DNA of 32,000 bases from Nostoc linckia FACHB-104 (lineage in GTDB: Bacteria > Cyanobacteriota > Cyanobacteriia > Cyanobacteriales > Nostocaceae): contig JACJQJ010000063.1 of the NCBI GenBank assembly GCA_014696615.1, forward strand, positions 1 to 32,000, in the 5' to 3' direction. Numbering within the stretch: the first letter of the stretch is position 1; every line of letters begins with the position of its first letter. Position numbers and translations under genes: made by a program. This document shows, piece by piece, positions 7,963 through 17,011 of this stretch. Under the pieces are notes generated by a model that was not told the origin of the DNA, did not search any database, and saw only the letters and a program-made list of their open reading frames with translations.

Positions 7963-10806
7963 TCAAATTCCCAACCAAGGCCGCAGATTAGCACGGCGAA
8001 CTTTCACCCCCGGCTGAGTCTTAGTCCCAATCCGAATATCATTCGATTGCCCACACTCCCAAACATAAACTAGTTCGCCATTATACTCAGCTAACGAATC
8101 TACACTCAGTCGCCACACACTATTAGCCGCATCCTTAATATGTTGCAGTTGATCATGATTAAACCCAGCAACAGCTTGACGTAATTCCTCAACCTTGAGC
8201 GATAGCACCAGCTGACCCAGTGACGACCTATCATCCCAGTTATTAATCATCTGCTGCGTCACAGATGGACTAGTGACGACCTTTTGCGCCTCATCGGTCG
8301 TCACGGTGACGACCTCTTGACGACCCAAAACACTTTCTGTTGTTGGATTTGCCTCCAGTGACGACCCATCCCCCTCATTCTGCTCCATAGGAGATAACAT
8401 CGAGATGCATTCGTTGCTCTCTTCTGTGATTTCATTAACCAAAAGGTCGTCACTTGTAAAAAATCCGTCACTACCAATACTTTCAGTCGTCACCCCTATT
8501 GTCATTTCAGTCTTCACTAGGTCGTCACTTTTTTGAATAAGGTCGTCACTAGTAGAAATCAGCAACGGGAAATTCTGCCCTGGCTTGCGGATACCAACAC
8601 AAGTAATAAACCTTCCCTTATTGGTTTTGCGCTTAATGGCATCAATCCCCAATTGCGCTTTTAGCAAATTCAGCAACGTACTAGAAAATCGTTGCTTATT
8701 CATCGTTCCTTGCCCGTTATTACTCGCCCATTGCGCGTAATTAGGATAAAGAAACTCTTCGGGATTTTGGCTAATATCACCAATACCCGTGATAGCCTTG
8801 GGGTCATAGTACAAACATTCATCAGCCCAATTCGCCAAAGGATTAGTCTCCATCAGGATTTCTTTGCTAAAAGCAGCCAGTGACGGCACTTTGCTATTTG
8901 TATCCACAAATAAATCCTGAACTTGGGCAAACGGCATTTCTAGCACCCAGGACAGCAAACCAGGCAGATAAGGCGTAAACTCCGCTATCAAGTCCCGGCG
9001 CTGATGGGGGGGAATTACATGATTAAACGGCATCGACAAGCGACGGCGAGCTGTAGCGTTAGTGTAATCCGTGCTTTGCATCGCTTCATTGGCAGCTACC
9101 ATCACCACACCATGAAATTTAAAACTGCCTGTTTGCTGTACTCCTTTCTTCTCATGTCGCAGGTCGTCATAGCCTGTAATAGCTTTAAACACACTGACAT
9201 CACCTGTGTAGCGTTCTGAATCAGTAATACAAATCAGCTTCTTGCCGTAAAAGGAAGCTGTCTCAAAGCGATTCTGTTCTAGTTGCTTGAGGGTGGTGAT
9301 AGCGTAGTTTTCTTTACCAACTAATTCCTGTACCAGTCTCAGAATTGTGCCTTTCCCAGTGCCGCCAGCGCCAATCAGCTCTAAATACCTTTGCATCTTG
9401 CCACCGCGTTCGGTAATGGTGGCGTTAATAGCAGCGCGAATTACCTCCACCCACAGATGTTGACCGTCACAAACTTCCAGTAGCCATTGCTGAATCGGGT
9501 CACAACCGACACTGCGGTCAGCCCATTTAAAGGGCAACTGTGTCAGCATTCGATAACCAGGGGCGTGGGGGTAGGTTTTCAGGGTATTGACATCCAGCAC
9601 ACAATCTTGTAAGCAGATAAAGCCGGGACAAACCTCCCAGTGGTTAATTCTTAAATCCCCCTTGAGAAGATTTAGGGTATTGGCGACAAAGCGATAGCTA
9701 AAATCTGGTCTGCGAGATCGCAATTCTGTGACGATAATATCTTGGGCTTCCTCATGGGGAATTTCACCCCAGACACCCAGCTTTTGTTCGGCTTCATACC
9801 AGTACCAAGCTTTATTGGCTACGTGCCAAGCTAGGCGATTGCGGTAATTTTCCGCGATAAATGCTGCAAAAGCTGATTCTGACAACATTTTGTTGTCAAT
9901 TTCGCTTTCGCGGAACTGACGTTCCCAAACTTCCAAGGAAACAGCCTTAGCTAACACTTTCTCGCGAAAAGCGTCGTCGCCGTTGGCTTGAATATAATCG
10001 TCCATTCCTTTCCCCTCAGCTGTACTCCAGTTGCCCGTGGCGATGTACACAGGCACTTTAAACTTAGCTAATTGGTGAGCTAGTTTTCTTTGGGCGGCAA
10101 TCACATTTTTGTTAGTAACAGCCCTATCGTCCGCGTCAAAGACAATAATCCATCCAAAATTAGCACGGGCTAGGAATTCTAGGGTATCGACTAGGTAACG
10201 TTTGCCTTGGGGGTCGTTTTTGGCTGGTGTTAAGCCCTGTTCCACACCAGGGAGGGCAACTGTGGGCAAGTTGTGAAAACAGCCGCAGATTGCCTTAAAC
10301 AGCCCTTCAGTGATCAGTAAGCAAGGATGACCGTTGATGTGATAGCAAAGGGCTTTAAGGGCTTCTAAATCCACCCAGTAGCGCGGATTGTGGGGATGAC
10401 GGGGTAGCATCGCGTCATATTCTTCTTTGGTGGCTGTGCGATACTTGGGGGCTTTTTTCTCGTCGGTGTTTTTCCAGGGCTTGTTAGGGCGGTACTGCCC
10501 AAAACCGTTGACCCCTTCTAGCCAGATGCCTGGTGATTGGGCTGTGTATCCTAAGCGCTGGGTCGCTTCTTTAATGTCCATTGAGCGACAGTTAGCAGCT
10601 ATCCATTCAGGGCATAAACCGCGTTTTGTTACACACTCTTTATAGTGTCTGTCTGAAAGTCTGTTAGCGGTCAGGGTTGCAGTTGTTGGTGTAGTATTCA
10701 CTTTTCTTACTCCAGATTTTTCAAAATCCGGGTAACTCCTTATTGCAACACGACCGCAGGACTGGTTATGATAGATATGCGATCGCGGTTCCGAAAAAGT
10801 CGCCAA
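7963..10806 (-). CDS. Replicative primase-helicase (Toprim/DUF3854-like N-terminus plus P4/D5-type SF3 NTPase)
   Basis: Toprim-like CLLITEG and IIVFDADD. Walker A LIGAGGTGKGT and Walker B LICITDSE. The C-terminal tail is acidic and low-complexity (SDDL / VVT repeats). Confidence 0.85.
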   Translation of the reverse strand: MATFSEPRSHIYHNQSCGRVAIRSYPDFEKSGVRKVNTTPTTATLTANRLSDRHYKECVTKRGLCPEWIAANCRSMDIKEATQRLGYTAQSPGIWLEGVNGFGQYRPNKPWKNTDEKKAPKYRTATKEEYDAMLPRHPHNPRYWVDLEALKALCYHINGHPCLLITEGLFKAICGCFHNLPTVALPGVEQGLTPAKNDPQGKRYLVDTLEFLARANFGWIIVFDADDRAVTNKNVIAAQRKLAHQLAKFKVPVYIATGNWSTAEGKGMDDYIQANGDDAFREKVLAKAVSLEVWERQFRESEIDNKMLSESAFAAFIAENYRNRLAWHVANKAWYWYEAEQKLGVWGEIPHEEAQDIIVTELRSRRPDFSYRFVANTLNLLKGDLRINHWEVCPGFICLQDCVLDVNTLKTYPHAPGYRMLTQLPFKWADRSVGCDPIQQWLLEVCDGQHLWVEVIRAAINATITERGGKMQRYLELIGAGGTGKGTILRLVQELVGKENYAITTLKQLEQNRFETASFYGKKLICITDSERYTGDVSVFKAITGYDDLRHEKKGVQQTGSFKFHGVVMVAANEAMQSTDYTNATARRRLSMPFNHVIPPHQRRDLIAEFTPYLPGLLSWVLEMPFAQVQDLFVDTNSKVPSLAAFSKEILMETNPLANWADECLYYDPKAITGIGDISQNPEEFLYPNYAQWASNNGQGTMNKQRFSSTLLNLLKAQLGIDAIKRKTNKGRFITCVGIRKPGQNFPLLISTSDDLIQKSDDLVKTEMTIGVTTESIGSDGFFTSDDLLVNEITEESNECISMLSPMEQNEGDGSSLEANPTTESVLGRQEVVTVTTDEAQKVVTSPSVTQQMINNWDDRSSLGQLVLSLKVEELRQAVAGFNHDQLQHIKDAANSVWRLSVDSLAEYNGELVYVWECGQSNDIRIGTKTQPGVKVRRANLRPWLGI
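8220..8549. repeat. Iteron-like array of the 9-mer GTGACGACC / GGTCGTCAC inside the 3' part of the primase-helicase gene
   Basis: Exact GTGACGACC at 8220, 8273, 8306 and 8358. Exact GGTCGTCAC at 8296, 8445, 8520 and 8541. One-mismatch copies at 8317 and 8485. A perfect 19-bp palindrome GGTCGTCACGGTGACGACC lies at 8296-8314. Confidence 0.8.
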
Positions 10807-10854
10807 ACTTTTATCGTTTCGGAGTTACCCGCGTTATGTTTAGTCAAATTACAG

Positions 10855-10892
10855 AACCCGCTTAACTTCCCGGTCGAGCGGGTTTTGTGTTT
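10855..10892 (+). terminator. Hairpin plus T-rich tract between the XRE gene and the primase gene
   Basis: aacccgct (10855-10862) pairs with agcgggtt (10877-10884), followed by ttgtgttt. Its orientation suits a + strand terminator, but both flanking genes are on the - strand, so its role is unclear. Confidence 0.25.
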
Positions 10893-11023
10893 GAGCTACA
10901 GACAAAAACATCAATTTAATTACTCGGTGGAGCGTTGCCTCCTTGCCTGAGAAAAAAGGTTAACTGCCATCCGTTCAAGTACCCGTTCAATCCGGTCTAG
11001 TCTACTGGGTTGGTCAGTGTTGA

Positions 11024-11260
11024 TCATTTGTCCTCCTTGTCTTCTTGAATTTCTTCAGGTGGAACCCAGTAAATTAGCTCACTAGGCTGAACACGGTAAT
11101 AATCACAGATTTTGTTTAGAGCTGTAACTTGTGGTATCCAATCTGGATTGTCATATAAGTTGTAAGCTGTACTAGGTGCTATACCTGTATCTTTTTGAAA
11201 GCGATAACGAGTAATGCCCAAACCATCTACAAATTGTTTGACTTTGTTCCTTATAGGCAT
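11024..11260 (-). CDS. XRE/Cro-type helix-turn-helix transcriptional regulator
   Basis: 78 aa. The sequence LGITRYRFQKDTGIAPSTAYNLYDNPDWIPQVTALNKICDYYRVQPSELI matches the HTH_XRE layout. It is divergent from the rightward operon. Confidence 0.85.
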   Translation of the reverse strand: MPIRNKVKQFVDGLGITRYRFQKDTGIAPSTAYNLYDNPDWIPQVTALNKICDYYRVQPSELIYWVPPEEIQEDKEDK

Positions 11261-11339
11261 TCATTAACAATAAACGGTTATTAATACAACAATTTATCAT
11301 TGCTAATTTCCAACCGTTAGTAAATACTAAACGATTTAT

Positions 11340-11390
11340 ATTAATGAGCGCTTGACATTAATGAACGGTTGTAGTTAATATCATAGTGTC
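11340..11390 (+). promoter_or_regulatory. Sigma70-like promoter with overlapping 17-bp periodic operator-like repeats
   Basis: TTGACA (11351-11356), a 17-nt spacer, then TTAATA (11374-11379). TTAATGAGCGCTTG (11340), TTAATGAACGGTTG (11357) and TTAAT (11374) recur with 17-bp spacing. Confidence 0.4.
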
Positions 11391-11577
11391 CGGGTTATCA
11401 ATACGTCAACAGCCCAGACACAGTGATCTAGTTATAAACACAGGTTATCTGCATTGCGTCCGCTCTATATCTGCGGTCGCGGTAATTGTACGTGTCTGCA
11501 TGACGTACTTAGGATTTATGCATCTCAATTTACGCAATTTATAAGCAATTAGCTCACTATCAAATAGAGGTGAAATA

Positions 11578-11916
11578 ATGCTGACATCCAATCAGATTAG
11601 GCGTTTACAAGCTACCGATCGATGGCTGAGAGAGATTAGAGACTCTAAAGAATTTAAAGTCTTGAATTACTGCCCAGATGTAACTTTAGGTGATGCAATT
11701 CAGGCTGTTGATGAACTATTACAGTCACATAATTACTGTAATGAAAAGCCCGCTTCTTTTACTGATAACCAGTTGCAAAAGTATTTAGAACAAAAGCCAG
11801 TAATGCAGATGAGCCGTGTCAAGACTTGGCCTGAAAAGATTAGCTCATTTATCCAATGCATCAATCGATATCTTCCAAGGTACAAGCAAGGCTATTTTAT
11901 GTGCAGATGGAGGTAA
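11578..11916 (+). CDS. Hypothetical protein
   Basis: 112-aa ORF with GAGGTG upstream of the ATG. It is the first gene of the rightward operon. Confidence 0.5.
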   Translation: MLTSNQIRRLQATDRWLREIRDSKEFKVLNYCPDVTLGDAIQAVDELLQSHNYCNEKPASFTDNQLQKYLEQKPVMQMSRVKTWPEKISSFIQCINRYLPRYKQGYFMCRWR

Positions 11917-11920
11917 GAAA

Positions 11921-12191
11921 GATGATTGATAAAAACCTTGTAGGATGCGTCACGCTTTTGACAATGAGCAAGACATACTGGATTGATGGAACGCTCTACA
12001 GATATTTAACAAGCAGTGACAGTATAAAACACACACAATACTATTTCCGTCCTTTACCGCGTCAGTCTAAAACTGCTGACTTAAAACTTAATCGTGACAA
12101 AGTACTAAGCCGTTGCTACGAAATTCCAAGCTTATATAACCAGCACACAGCAGAAATAACTAATAACTCAATACAGTTGAGTTTGTTCTAA
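11921..12191 (+). CDS. Hypothetical protein
   Basis: The ORF track gives 11856-12191. The internal ATG at 11921 is preceded by GGAGG and avoids overlap with the previous gene, so I prefer it. Confidence 0.4.
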
Positions 12192-12504
12192 ATAGTAGCG
12201 AAAAGTATTTCCTTCTTCAGCGCCATCACCAATTTTACTAGAGCAAAAAGGTGCGTATATGCGAGATAACGAAAAAGTGTCAGTATATCTTCAAAACTGA
12301 CAAGCCCTGTTATTACATGGTTATAGCCTCTACAAACGAGACTCTGACATTTGTCTAATGTTAAAAATCCAAGGTTATTGATAGTGCCTAGTTAATTTGG
12401 TGTATCAGGATAACTGTTTCTAGCTAAATTAGCCATGCAAATAACCTGAATGTCCGGATAGTCAGTCAATTCTATACACACTTAAGTAATAAACCGGAAT
12501 TAAT

Positions 12505-13017
12505 GTGGCAACCAAAAAATATGTAGCTAAGTATCGCTTCCTCAAAGAAACTTACGAGCGCATCACAGTCAAAAGTATTTCAGATATCACTTGGTATCGC
12601 ATAGTTGCATCTTTGAAACAATATTTTTCGCTATCAATTGAATCAGCAAATGCTCAAAGTATTGTTGAAAACTATGCTCAATTGAAGCGCAAGTGTCCAG
12701 CCTTTTCTTTTAGAACTTCTGATTTTAGTTCACGCTGGCAAGCCTTTAAACATTTCTATGATGCAAGAGAAGTTCAATACACAGGTCAGCAATTCCTAGT
12801 TGCGCTTGCAGACTATTTAAAAATCAATCTTGATGATGTACCCCGCAGTACTCGTTACTACTGGTTTAGCCAAGCAACTCTAAGTTATAAATCCGAGAAA
12901 TCTTATCACAGCAAAGATTTAGCGCTTGTCGCCTTTGTTGCCGCTAAATGGGCAATCAACAAGCGCTCGCAACCAATGAAATCCGCAACCATCGAAGTTT
13001 TAACACTAGTCAAATAA
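12505..13017 (+). CDS. Hypothetical protein
   Basis: 170-aa ORF with a GTG start and no recognised motif. Confidence 0.5.
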   Translation: MATKKYVAKYRFLKETYERITVKSISDITWYRIVASLKQYFSLSIESANAQSIVENYAQLKRKCPAFSFRTSDFSSRWQAFKHFYDAREVQYTGQQFLVALADYLKINLDDVPRSTRYYWFSQATLSYKSEKSYHSKDLALVAFVAAKWAINKRSQPMKSATIEVLTLVK

Positions 13018-13029
13018 GGATTAATCACC

Positions 13030-13692
13030 ATGTCAGACAAATTTACTAACAATGTCCGCGCTCGCTTGTACAAACAGGGTTATCAAGGATTCACCAAAGA
13101 AGATTACACAACATCTGCTCAAGCTGTAGAGTGCGAAGACCTAAACAATCCCACCAAAGACCAATTGAGCCAAGCCGTTGAATATCTCAAAACCAAAGCA
13201 ACCAGCCAATTATCTGTAGCCAGCCAAGCCGTTGAAGAAACATTACCAATACAAGCTCTAGCTGCACAGCCTGAGCCTGAATCTCATCAACTTGCAATTG
13301 CAGAACCAGAAATTAACGGTATCACTGTAACCAGTGAAGATAAGCATTCCTTTATCACAGCCCAATCATCAGCCTTGGGATTTGAATTAACCGAACAAGA
13401 AACATTAAGTATTGCACAAGATGTTGACGATACCTTTAGTGACTACAGCCAATTCCTCAGCAATGTAACATCTGCAATTAAAAGCTACGTGGATCATAAA
13501 TTTGATGTCATCGAGCAATCATTTGAAGCTAACGCCCAAGACTTGAGACAACACGTAAACAGTAGAGCGTCTAGATTGAACCAAAAAGTTAACAGCTTTT
13601 CAGGAGACATTAAAGCGGATATGGGAGGTATCCGCCAAAACATTAAAAGCACCCAATTCTCAATCCTTGCCAGACTCAACGCGGTTAAATAG
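13030..13692 (+). CDS. Hypothetical acidic protein
   Basis: 220-aa ORF with AAGGA upstream, lying 12 nt after the previous stop. Confidence 0.6.
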   Translation: MSDKFTNNVRARLYKQGYQGFTKEDYTTSAQAVECEDLNNPTKDQLSQAVEYLKTKATSQLSVASQAVEETLPIQALAAQPEPESHQLAIAEPEINGITVTSEDKHSFITAQSSALGFELTEQETLSIAQDVDDTFSDYSQFLSNVTSAIKSYVDHKFDVIEQSFEANAQDLRQHVNSRASRLNQKVNSFSGDIKADMGGIRQNIKSTQFSILARLNAVK

Positions 13693-13738
13693 CGATAAAT
13701 TGACCTTGCTTGAATGCTTGGTAGTTCGTTATTGCAGA

Positions 13739-14014
13739 ATGAACTATTTCTCAAGAATAGCTGGTATTTTGGGTACGCTTGCTGCTGTGATTTTCCCCTT
13801 ACATAACTGGCTATATCTGCCAATAAAAGAGCATCAGCAATATCAGCAATATCTCCAACGTAAATCAGCTATTGAGCAATATGTAAGAACAATGTCTTAC
13901 CACTGCAATCAAATCTTTACCCCCCTAAAAGAGTATCGCTGTGAAAAATTCAATGAAGCTCAAGAATCAGGTAACTTCCAAATCACGCCACTTAGAACGC
14001 CAATTAAAAACTAA
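13739..14014 (+). CDS. Small hypothetical membrane protein
   Basis: The ORF track gives 13667-14014. The ATG at 13739 avoids overlap with the previous gene. Hydrophobic IAGILGTLAAVIFPL segment. Confidence 0.35.
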   Translation: MNYFSRIAGILGTLAAVIFPLHNWLYLPIKEHQQYQQYLQRKSAIEQYVRTMSYHCNQIFTPLKEYRCEKFNEAQESGNFQITPLRTPIKN

Positions 14015-14594
14015 GTTCAACGCATCTACTAACTTAGTAGTGAGAGCGCTAACAGGTGATAAATCAGCACTGAAGCTGATAGGACAAATGGGCAACGATG
14101 GCGCGAAGATTAGTGAATTCGCCCCACAAGTAAGAGAACAAATGCTAGCTGCTATCAAAGGAACTGAGGATTTAAATGTAGTCCTCAGTGACATCTACAA
14201 ACAAGCAGGTGTTAGCGGTGAAAAGATTGAAAGAGCAGTGCAGTCAGCAATTTTAGCTGACACCCATTTAGCCAATATCCTAGAAGAGATGAAGCTTGAT
14301 TTCGCTTCATCCCAAGATAAAGAAGCGCTGCGTCATCAACAAGCAACAGACCACATCAGACTAAAGGCATGGGTGGATAAACACATGATGCAGGTTGATG
14401 GTGAATATAAGATGTTGCAGACCGAATTACAAACCGATATTAGACAACAAACAATTGACCTGCAACATGATAGAGAACTGGGTAAATATTACCTAGAAAT
14501 GGGCGATAACGCTCGTGATGATTTCAAACCGAAAAAGCAATATGCTGGGCGCTCGATTGTCCAGAAAATCAAAGAAGCCTTATTAGGCTTTTAA
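13941..14594 (+). CDS. Hypothetical protein (start uncertain)
   Basis: 217-aa ORF. Alternative in-frame starts are GTG at 14040 and ATG at 14088 (AGGA upstream), either of which would remove the overlap with 13739-14014. Confidence 0.5.
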   Translation: MKNSMKLKNQVTSKSRHLERQLKTKFNASTNLVVRALTGDKSALKLIGQMGNDGAKISEFAPQVREQMLAAIKGTEDLNVVLSDIYKQAGVSGEKIERAVQSAILADTHLANILEEMKLDFASSQDKEALRHQQATDHIRLKAWVDKHMMQVDGEYKMLQTELQTDIRQQTIDLQHDRELGKYYLEMGDNARDDFKPKKQYAGRSIVQKIKEALLGF

Positions 14595-14597
14595 TAA

Positions 14598-14638
14598 CTA
14601 ACCCCGTCAGTAACTTGAGATAAGTGCTGACGGGTTAG
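14598..14638 (+). terminator. Hairpin between operon genes
   Basis: ccccgtcag (14602-14610) pairs with ctgacggg (14627-14634), with additional A:T pairs outside. No T-tract, so it may be an attenuator or an RNA-processing site. Confidence 0.3.
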
Positions 14639-14658
14639 AGAAATAATCCGATACAAAC

Positions 14659-15228
14659 ATGACATACGATATTGATGATGAACAAGAAGAAGTAATCAGC
14701 GAAATTGCTCCAGACACCCCTTTACCCAAAGACTTAATAGAACACCTGGAATCCCGCAAGCAACACCGCCAAGCTATTATCAAGACAACTGAAAAATTAA
14801 CGAGATTTTTTGTTGGCTGGTCGCTCAATTCAACAGGCTTCTTTATCGCTAAATATCTTCTAATAACTGGCGGTGGCGTTAACTTCTTCTTAGCAATTTC
14901 GCTCTCGTTTTCTATATGTAGCGTTGGTTCTCTCACAGGATTAACAGGCTTGAGAGTTAACTACAACAGTGATGGGCTAGAGGTAGATAATATGCAAAAT
15001 ATTTTTAAAACTGCTGCTGGCTTAGTCTGTGCAGGTGTGACAACTTGGTTAGCAGTCAAAGACTATCAATATTTTGAGCATTTGACTAAAGAAACAGTCA
15101 GCCAGATTAACCAAGATATCCAAACCATTGAAAAACAGAATCCACAATCAGACCCTTGGGTAAGTATTGCAGTTGCCTTGGCTTTATTCATTGGTTCGAT
15201 TGCAATTATTTTTAAGGGGCGAGAATGA
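14659..15228 (+). CDS. Hypothetical integral membrane protein
   Basis: 189 aa with an acidic N-terminus and at least three hydrophobic segments (FFVGWSLNSTGFFIAKYLLI, NFFLAISLSFSICSVGSL, WVSIAVALALFIGSIAIIF). Confidence 0.6.
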   Translation: MTYDIDDEQEEVISEIAPDTPLPKDLIEHLESRKQHRQAIIKTTEKLTRFFVGWSLNSTGFFIAKYLLITGGGVNFFLAISLSFSICSVGSLTGLTGLRVNYNSDGLEVDNMQNIFKTAAGLVCAGVTTWLAVKDYQYFEHLTKETVSQINQDIQTIEKQNPQSDPWVSIAVALALFIGSIAIIFKGRE

Positions 15229-15231
15229 ACA

Positions 15232-16686
15232 ATGAAACAGGGGGTTTTGGAGTTAGCCCTGGCTAGTGTGTGTGGTGTGGCTGCAATCATCGGGCTTGCA
15301 ACATCACAAACACGCCAGCCCTACGATTTGACACAGATTCAGTTCTGCCCAAAGTCAATAAACGGCGTACAAAGTCAAATAAAGCTAGATAAGCGTTTTT
15401 GCAACCAGCCGCGCTTTGTCCTGGCTGAAGAATGGCGACGCTATGGGCTATATGGCAGCATGATTCCTTATAAGGGTGATGCCATTCAATGGGTGCGTGA
15501 TTTGCCCACAGACAACCCTAATCAGTTGTTGGGTGGTGCGCTTGGTGTTATGGGGCTATGGGGTATTGTCGGTTGCTTGCTTGTGCGTACACAACGCCTC
15601 AAGCGCAAGGATTATGAATTGGGAGAACTAGAAAAGACTGGCGGCTATGCAATTTGGCAGCAACACAAGCACAAACGTGAAGTTAAGCAGCATTCCACCC
15701 AGCTTTATACTGAGCGTTTAAAGGATGGGTTGTCAGGACTGGACACAGAGGAACGCAAAGCACTAGGACTGACTGATGAGGAGAACGAACGGGCTAAGGC
15801 TCGAATTCAGCTTGAGGATTTTCTAAAAGCTCGTGCTGTTAATCATTCTGTGATGGATAAGACGATTGCTGAGAATTTAAGGGACAGAGCGAAGGCGGAG
15901 CAGGAACGCAGCAAGATTGAGGGGAAGACCAAAGGCGCGATCGCAAATAGTGACAGCCATAATTTAACTGACCAGCGCCTCATCAGTGACTTAATCGAAG
16001 CGCTCAAGAATCATGAAGATGGCTGGCTGTGGAAGGTTATCGACAATCAAAAGCCCGTTTGGGTGTTAGGAGAAGCGGGAAGTGGTAAATCAACTCTAGC
16101 CGCGTCGATTGTCATGCTCAGAGAATATCTGTTTGATATGCCTTTGTATCAGCTCATAGATGCTCACGCCGGAGACAATTTAAGAAATGCATGGAAATAT
16201 TTAAGTCCTCAGTTGATAGCGCAAACAGAATCAGATATTGGACAAGCTTTTGATGATGCCCGCGAGCGTTGGTTAGACAGAATTAATAATCAACCTGATA
16301 AACAACCGCAACAGTTACTAGTTGATGAATTTACTAACTATTCTGAGTCAGATATCACCAAGGAGCCTGCGAAAAAGTTTGTTAAAGCGTCTCTTAGCGA
16401 CCCTAGAAAGGCAGAAGAAAGATTAGTTTGTATTGCCCATTTCTTCACTAATACTGCTGTTGGTGGCAGTGATGGAACTGCTAAAGGTAGAAGCAGAGGC
16501 ACTATTCAAATTGACCGCAAAACTGCTGATGGTAAAACACCTTTGAAAGTCGCAATAGTTAACGGTTTAAATAATTCAGAGGGGGACGCAGAAGTAGATA
16601 AAAAGGTGACAATTCCAAGTTGGTTGACTCCTGAAAATATTCACAAGCATTTTAACGGTCAGCCGATTGATTTTGATGATGTGTGA
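15232..16686 (+). CDS. Membrane-anchored P-loop NTPase of unknown function
   Basis: Two N-terminal hydrophobic segments, Walker A GEAGSGKST and Walker B-like QLLVDEF. The start is 3 nt after the previous stop. Confidence 0.7.
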   Translation: MKQGVLELALASVCGVAAIIGLATSQTRQPYDLTQIQFCPKSINGVQSQIKLDKRFCNQPRFVLAEEWRRYGLYGSMIPYKGDAIQWVRDLPTDNPNQLLGGALGVMGLWGIVGCLLVRTQRLKRKDYELGELEKTGGYAIWQQHKHKREVKQHSTQLYTERLKDGLSGLDTEERKALGLTDEENERAKARIQLEDFLKARAVNHSVMDKTIAENLRDRAKAEQERSKIEGKTKGAIANSDSHNLTDQRLISDLIEALKNHEDGWLWKVIDNQKPVWVLGEAGSGKSTLAASIVMLREYLFDMPLYQLIDAHAGDNLRNAWKYLSPQLIAQTESDIGQAFDDARERWLDRINNQPDKQPQQLLVDEFTNYSESDITKEPAKKFVKASLSDPRKAEERLVCIAHFFTNTAVGGSDGTAKGRSRGTIQIDRKTADGKTPLKVAIVNGLNNSEGDAEVDKKVTIPSWLTPENIHKHFNGQPIDFDDV

Positions 16687-16720
16687 TTAATTGTTAGAGA
16701 ACCAATTCCAAAGCTTTCCA

Positions 16721-16847
16721 GAACTGGGAGTAGAGCGGGTGGCGCAGCGGAGTGTGGGGGGCGGGCTGCCCAGGCGTGGGCTACTCCATGAGTAAATTAT
16801 TGCCCGTCCCCCACACCACCCGCTCTAAGCGCAGCGTCTCCCAGTTC
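16721..16847. repeat. 127-nt GC-rich imperfect palindrome (three-helix long hairpin)
   Basis: Helices are 16721-16730/16838-16847 (10 bp), 16731-16742/16816-16827 (12 bp) and 16752-16766/16802-16816 (15 bp with one G:T). The two opposed internal loops each contain GCGCAGCG (16742-16749 and 16829-16836). Confidence 0.7.
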
Positions 16848-17011
16848 GTCGGGGCAACACGAGGATTCAACACCAAATAGCTGCACTAATGTTTAGCCTG
16901 CTTGCTGTGTGATTTTCTTGATTAAATTTGACCATAGCAATGTAAAAAAGGTTTTAAAGGTTAAAAATCCGGAATTTTTGTGGTATATCTGTATCCAAAA
17001 AACAGATTTGG

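Noticed and set aside
11024-11916. XRE gene plus the divergent 112-aa ORF as a toxin-antitoxin pair
   Set aside because: The genes are divergent rather than co-transcribed, and the 112-aa protein shows no toxin motif. A repressor/operon switch explains the layout better.
13494-15290. Minus-strand ORFs 13494-13823, 13967-14194, 14607-14936 and 15066-15290
   Set aside because: All overlap co-oriented, tightly spaced plus-strand operon genes and have no motifs or ribosome-binding sites.
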